From Nitrosopumilus sp. (GTDB lineage: Archaea; Thermoproteota; Nitrososphaeria; Nitrososphaerales; Nitrosopumilaceae): DNA of 64,000 nucleotides. Numbering within the stretch: the stretch's first letter is position 1; each line of letters opens with the position of its first letter. The position numbers were made by a program, and so were the translations under genes. Below the pieces are notes generated by a model that searched no databases, had not been told where the DNA came from, and worked only from the letters and a program-made list of their open reading frames with translations. This document shows positions 61,942 through 64,000 of this stretch, one piece after another. The stretch covers positions 2,176,001-2,240,000 of the forward strand of contig OZ243974.1 of NCBI GenBank assembly GCA_965214775.1, read 5' to 3'.

Positions 61942-62042
61942 AGGTCGGGCTCTGGAAGTTCAGGCATGAATTTTGTCATCAATGAATGCTGATCAAATAG
62001 GATTTGTACCTAAAACAAGAAACAGCTTCCAGAACCCGCTCA
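61942..62042. mobile_element. MITE family M3
   Basis: Imperfect TIR AGGTCGGGCTCTGGAAG ... CTTCCAGAACCCG. Confidence 0.7.
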
Positions 62043-62498
62043 GCTACCATGTCTCTTGGTAAATTCAAAGCCACTCAATCCGTTAGTCGCATATGCAGAT
62101 GGCAGCCAAAATGACTGAGTTGATACTTCTTCATCCGAGCCGTCATCTGTTGGCGTGATTACGACATTTACGTATCTGTCGCCTGCGTGTTCTTTTAACT
62201 CTTCTAGTTTTTCTTCTAGCTGCCTTTCTAATTCCGGCTTGTCATCAGTTGCTTGCTGAAGCTGCTCACTTAGAACAATAACGTCCTTAAAGTCTTCCAA
62301 TCCTGCAATCTTTTTTGTTATCTCAGAGTCAGCAGCCATGCCTGGTTTGTCTAGTTTTTCTTGTAATGTCTTTATCATCTCGTCTATCTTTTCTTTTACT
62401 TGGATTTCTATGTCTACCTCATTTATTGCATTAGCAGTTAATATCGGAATCATCACTGCCACTGCCAAAACAGATATCAAGAAAATGATTTTCCGCAT
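62040..62498 (-). CDS. Secreted coiled-coil protein, possibly 3'-truncated by a MITE
   Basis: Signal peptide; stop codon coincides with the MITE boundary. Confidence 0.55.
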   Translation of the reverse strand: MRKIIFLISVLAVAVMIPILTANAINEVDIEIQVKEKIDEMIKTLQEKLDKPGMAADSEITKKIAGLEDFKDVIVLSEQLQQATDDKPELERQLEEKLEELKEHAGDRYVNVVITPTDDGSDEEVSTQSFWLPSAYATNGLSGFEFTKRHGS

Positions 62499-62588
62499 TG
62501 TTTAGACATGTGTTAACCCGTATAAAAAACCAGAAATCGTTGCAGTCTGCTGCATAACCCTGCTTAAAATCCGAAACTGGCCCGTAAA

Positions 62589-62688
62589 AGATCGGGCTCT
62601 AGAAGCCGTTCCTGATTTCAGGCACGAATATGTCCGGGAAACCCTCTGGGGTGGCAAAACTCACATCTGAACTTCCAGATCCCGAACT
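62589..62688. mobile_element. MITE family M3, inverted relative to 61942
   Basis: AGATCGGGCTCTAGAAG ... CTTCCAGATCCCGAACT. Confidence 0.7.
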
Positions 62689-62689
62689 G

Positions 62690-62788
62690 TTACATCGATT
62701 TTGAATTGTTTCTTTTCAGGAATTTGAACGGAACATCTTTGCGGTGATTAATCACATGTTTTTTCCCAATCCAGTTTAAAATGGGCAT
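62690..62788 (-). pseudogene. N-terminal remnant of a site-specific DNA methyltransferase (type III Mod-like)
   Basis: MPILNWIGKKHVINHRKDVPFKFL resembles Mod N-termini; truncated at the MITE. Confidence 0.65.
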
Positions 62789-62949
62789 GTCATCTTCCTC
62801 CGAATATGATGTTTTACCTTGTATTTGGAATGTCTGTTCGGGGGCATGCCATCCCAGAAATCCGTCAGGTTGAGGCCAGACGAGTTGATCTTTTTTCTGT
62901 GCCCTCCACAGTCCTTTAGTTCGCCGCCACAATGCCTGCAAACCTGTAT

Positions 62950-63026
62950 CGGTGTGCGTAGGCGATTGCCTCAGAAAGGCGATTGTTCTACCAGGAACAT
63001 CGTGGGTTCGAATTCCACACCCACCG
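62950..63026 (+). pseudogene. Degenerate class II (Ser/Leu-like) tRNA remnant
   Basis: T-arm GTGGG-TTCGAAT-TCCAC, variable arm TGTTC/GAACA, 3' CCCACCG; no D-arm. Confidence 0.5.
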
Positions 63027-63057
63027 TCTCCCTTTGTCGTATATTGAGTTTCGATGA

Positions 63058-63188
63058 TGGCCAGTCTTCCCAGAAGTACCGCATCAAATCATCCCAGGCT
63101 CGAAACAATTCAGATGAGGATGCCTGCAGATCCGCATGTCACCTACTGCACCGCCGTGAGTCGGTTACTTCTGGGAAGACTGATGGCC
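63058..63188. repeat. Inverted-repeat element (MITE-like)
   Basis: CAGTCTTCCCAGAAGTA / TACTTCTGGGAAGACTG perfect 17-bp IR with imperfect extensions. Confidence 0.65.
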
Positions 63189-63655
63189 GGGGTTGTCCAA
63201 AAAACTTTCCATGGACTGCCACAAACTGCCAGTCTGCCCCCATATGCGGGCAGATTCAGACGGAGAGCGGGACATTTTCGGCCAACCATGCGCAAAAGAC
63301 AACGCAAATATCCGTGCGGGCCATACCTTACGTAGTGCGCACATCAAAAAAACGGACCGTAATTTTGACACATCGTGCCTACTTTGATAAAAAATGTTCG
63401 ATTTTCAACTATGCGCACTATGAACTTTGATGATGATACTGATTACGGCATTACGACATTTTCCAACCTTTCCGTTTTTGGGATTTTACTCTTCAAACAC
63501 AGCGTCTGCTTGAAATTCTTCAGGCAATATGAGCCGCTATGTTTGGAATAACTTTATGACATCTTCTTGAGAAGATCCAATCTTGCTGGCAGATCTGATG
63601 CTGATGTTTCTAAAATCTTCAAAGTAACCATCTGACAAAACATGAAGGCAAAATT

Positions 63656-64000
63656 CTATTCTTTCTCATATTTGAACTCTGATGCTGTGGATTCGTTTCT
63701 AATTTTTATCACGATTGTATCTCCTAGTTTGTTGAAACATCTTTGTCGGTGTTCATTTGTGAGAATCCAGCCCAGTATGACATCTAATGGCAACAGGAAT
63801 GTCTTGCCAAAACTGCTAAGCAATACCCCCTTTAAAGTCGGAGTATCTCCCTCCATGTTTGTCACTCTTAGATTCAGCACTTTTTTCCCAATCGTTTGAC
63901 CTGTTTTGAATTCTAGTATTGTCCAATATGAAAAAAACATGATGCCCGATGGGATGTATGTGATGTTTTCTGCCCAAAACCGCTCGTCATTAAAATCATG
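63656..64000 (-). CDS. RDD-family membrane protein (5' end outside window)
   Basis: GQTIGKKVLNLRV, QR..KLGDTIV. Confidence 0.85.
   Translation of the reverse strand, partial: HDFNDERFWAENITYIPSGIMFFSYWTILEFKTGQTIGKKVLNLRVTNMEGDTPTLKGVLLSSFGKTFLLPLDVILGWILTNEHRQRCFNKLGDTIVIKIRNESTASEFKYEKE

Noticed and set aside
62819-63640. Possible integrase or other gene near the tRNA remnant
   Set aside because: No tyrosine-recombinase motif found; frames run through the IR element or contain stops
1-64000. RNA-guided systems (TnpB/IscB/Cas), retrons, rRNA operons
   Set aside because: No RuvC-zinc finger, HNH, reverse transcriptase or rRNA signatures seen

Overview
Chromosomal window of an ammonia-oxidising archaeon of the Nitrosopumilaceae (Thaumarchaeota/Nitrososphaerota). 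The assignment rests on a thaumarchaeosortase, TFB, TBP, Alba, aIF1, Sec61-beta, Tsr3, cofC/cofD, archaeal IleRS, an archaeal RNase P RNA and tRNA-Pro. The AT-rich backbone carries many visibly GC-richer mobile elements: an IS5/ISL2-type element (3-1745), two copies of one IS630 element, a nested IS481/IS630 cluster (22.6-27.0 kb), IS4/IS5 remnants (34.6-36.3 kb) and several MITE families. This load, together with many slippage-type homopeptide insertions, suggests a host-associated lineage (inference). The most notable items are: (1) a GC-rich island encoding SNF2 ATPase, SWIM finger and an antitoxin-like protein, bounded by IS ends; (2) a candidate structured ncRNA upstream of aIF1 whose stem supports G-U pairs on one strand only; (3) an IS630 element that appears to duplicate CG rather than TA, with an empty-site paralog about 80 bp away; (4) an Alba protein carrying 18 near-identical 30-bp repeats; (5) a D-arm-less tRNA-like remnant beside a type III R-M Mod fragment. 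All calls come from reading the sequence; no database searches were run.
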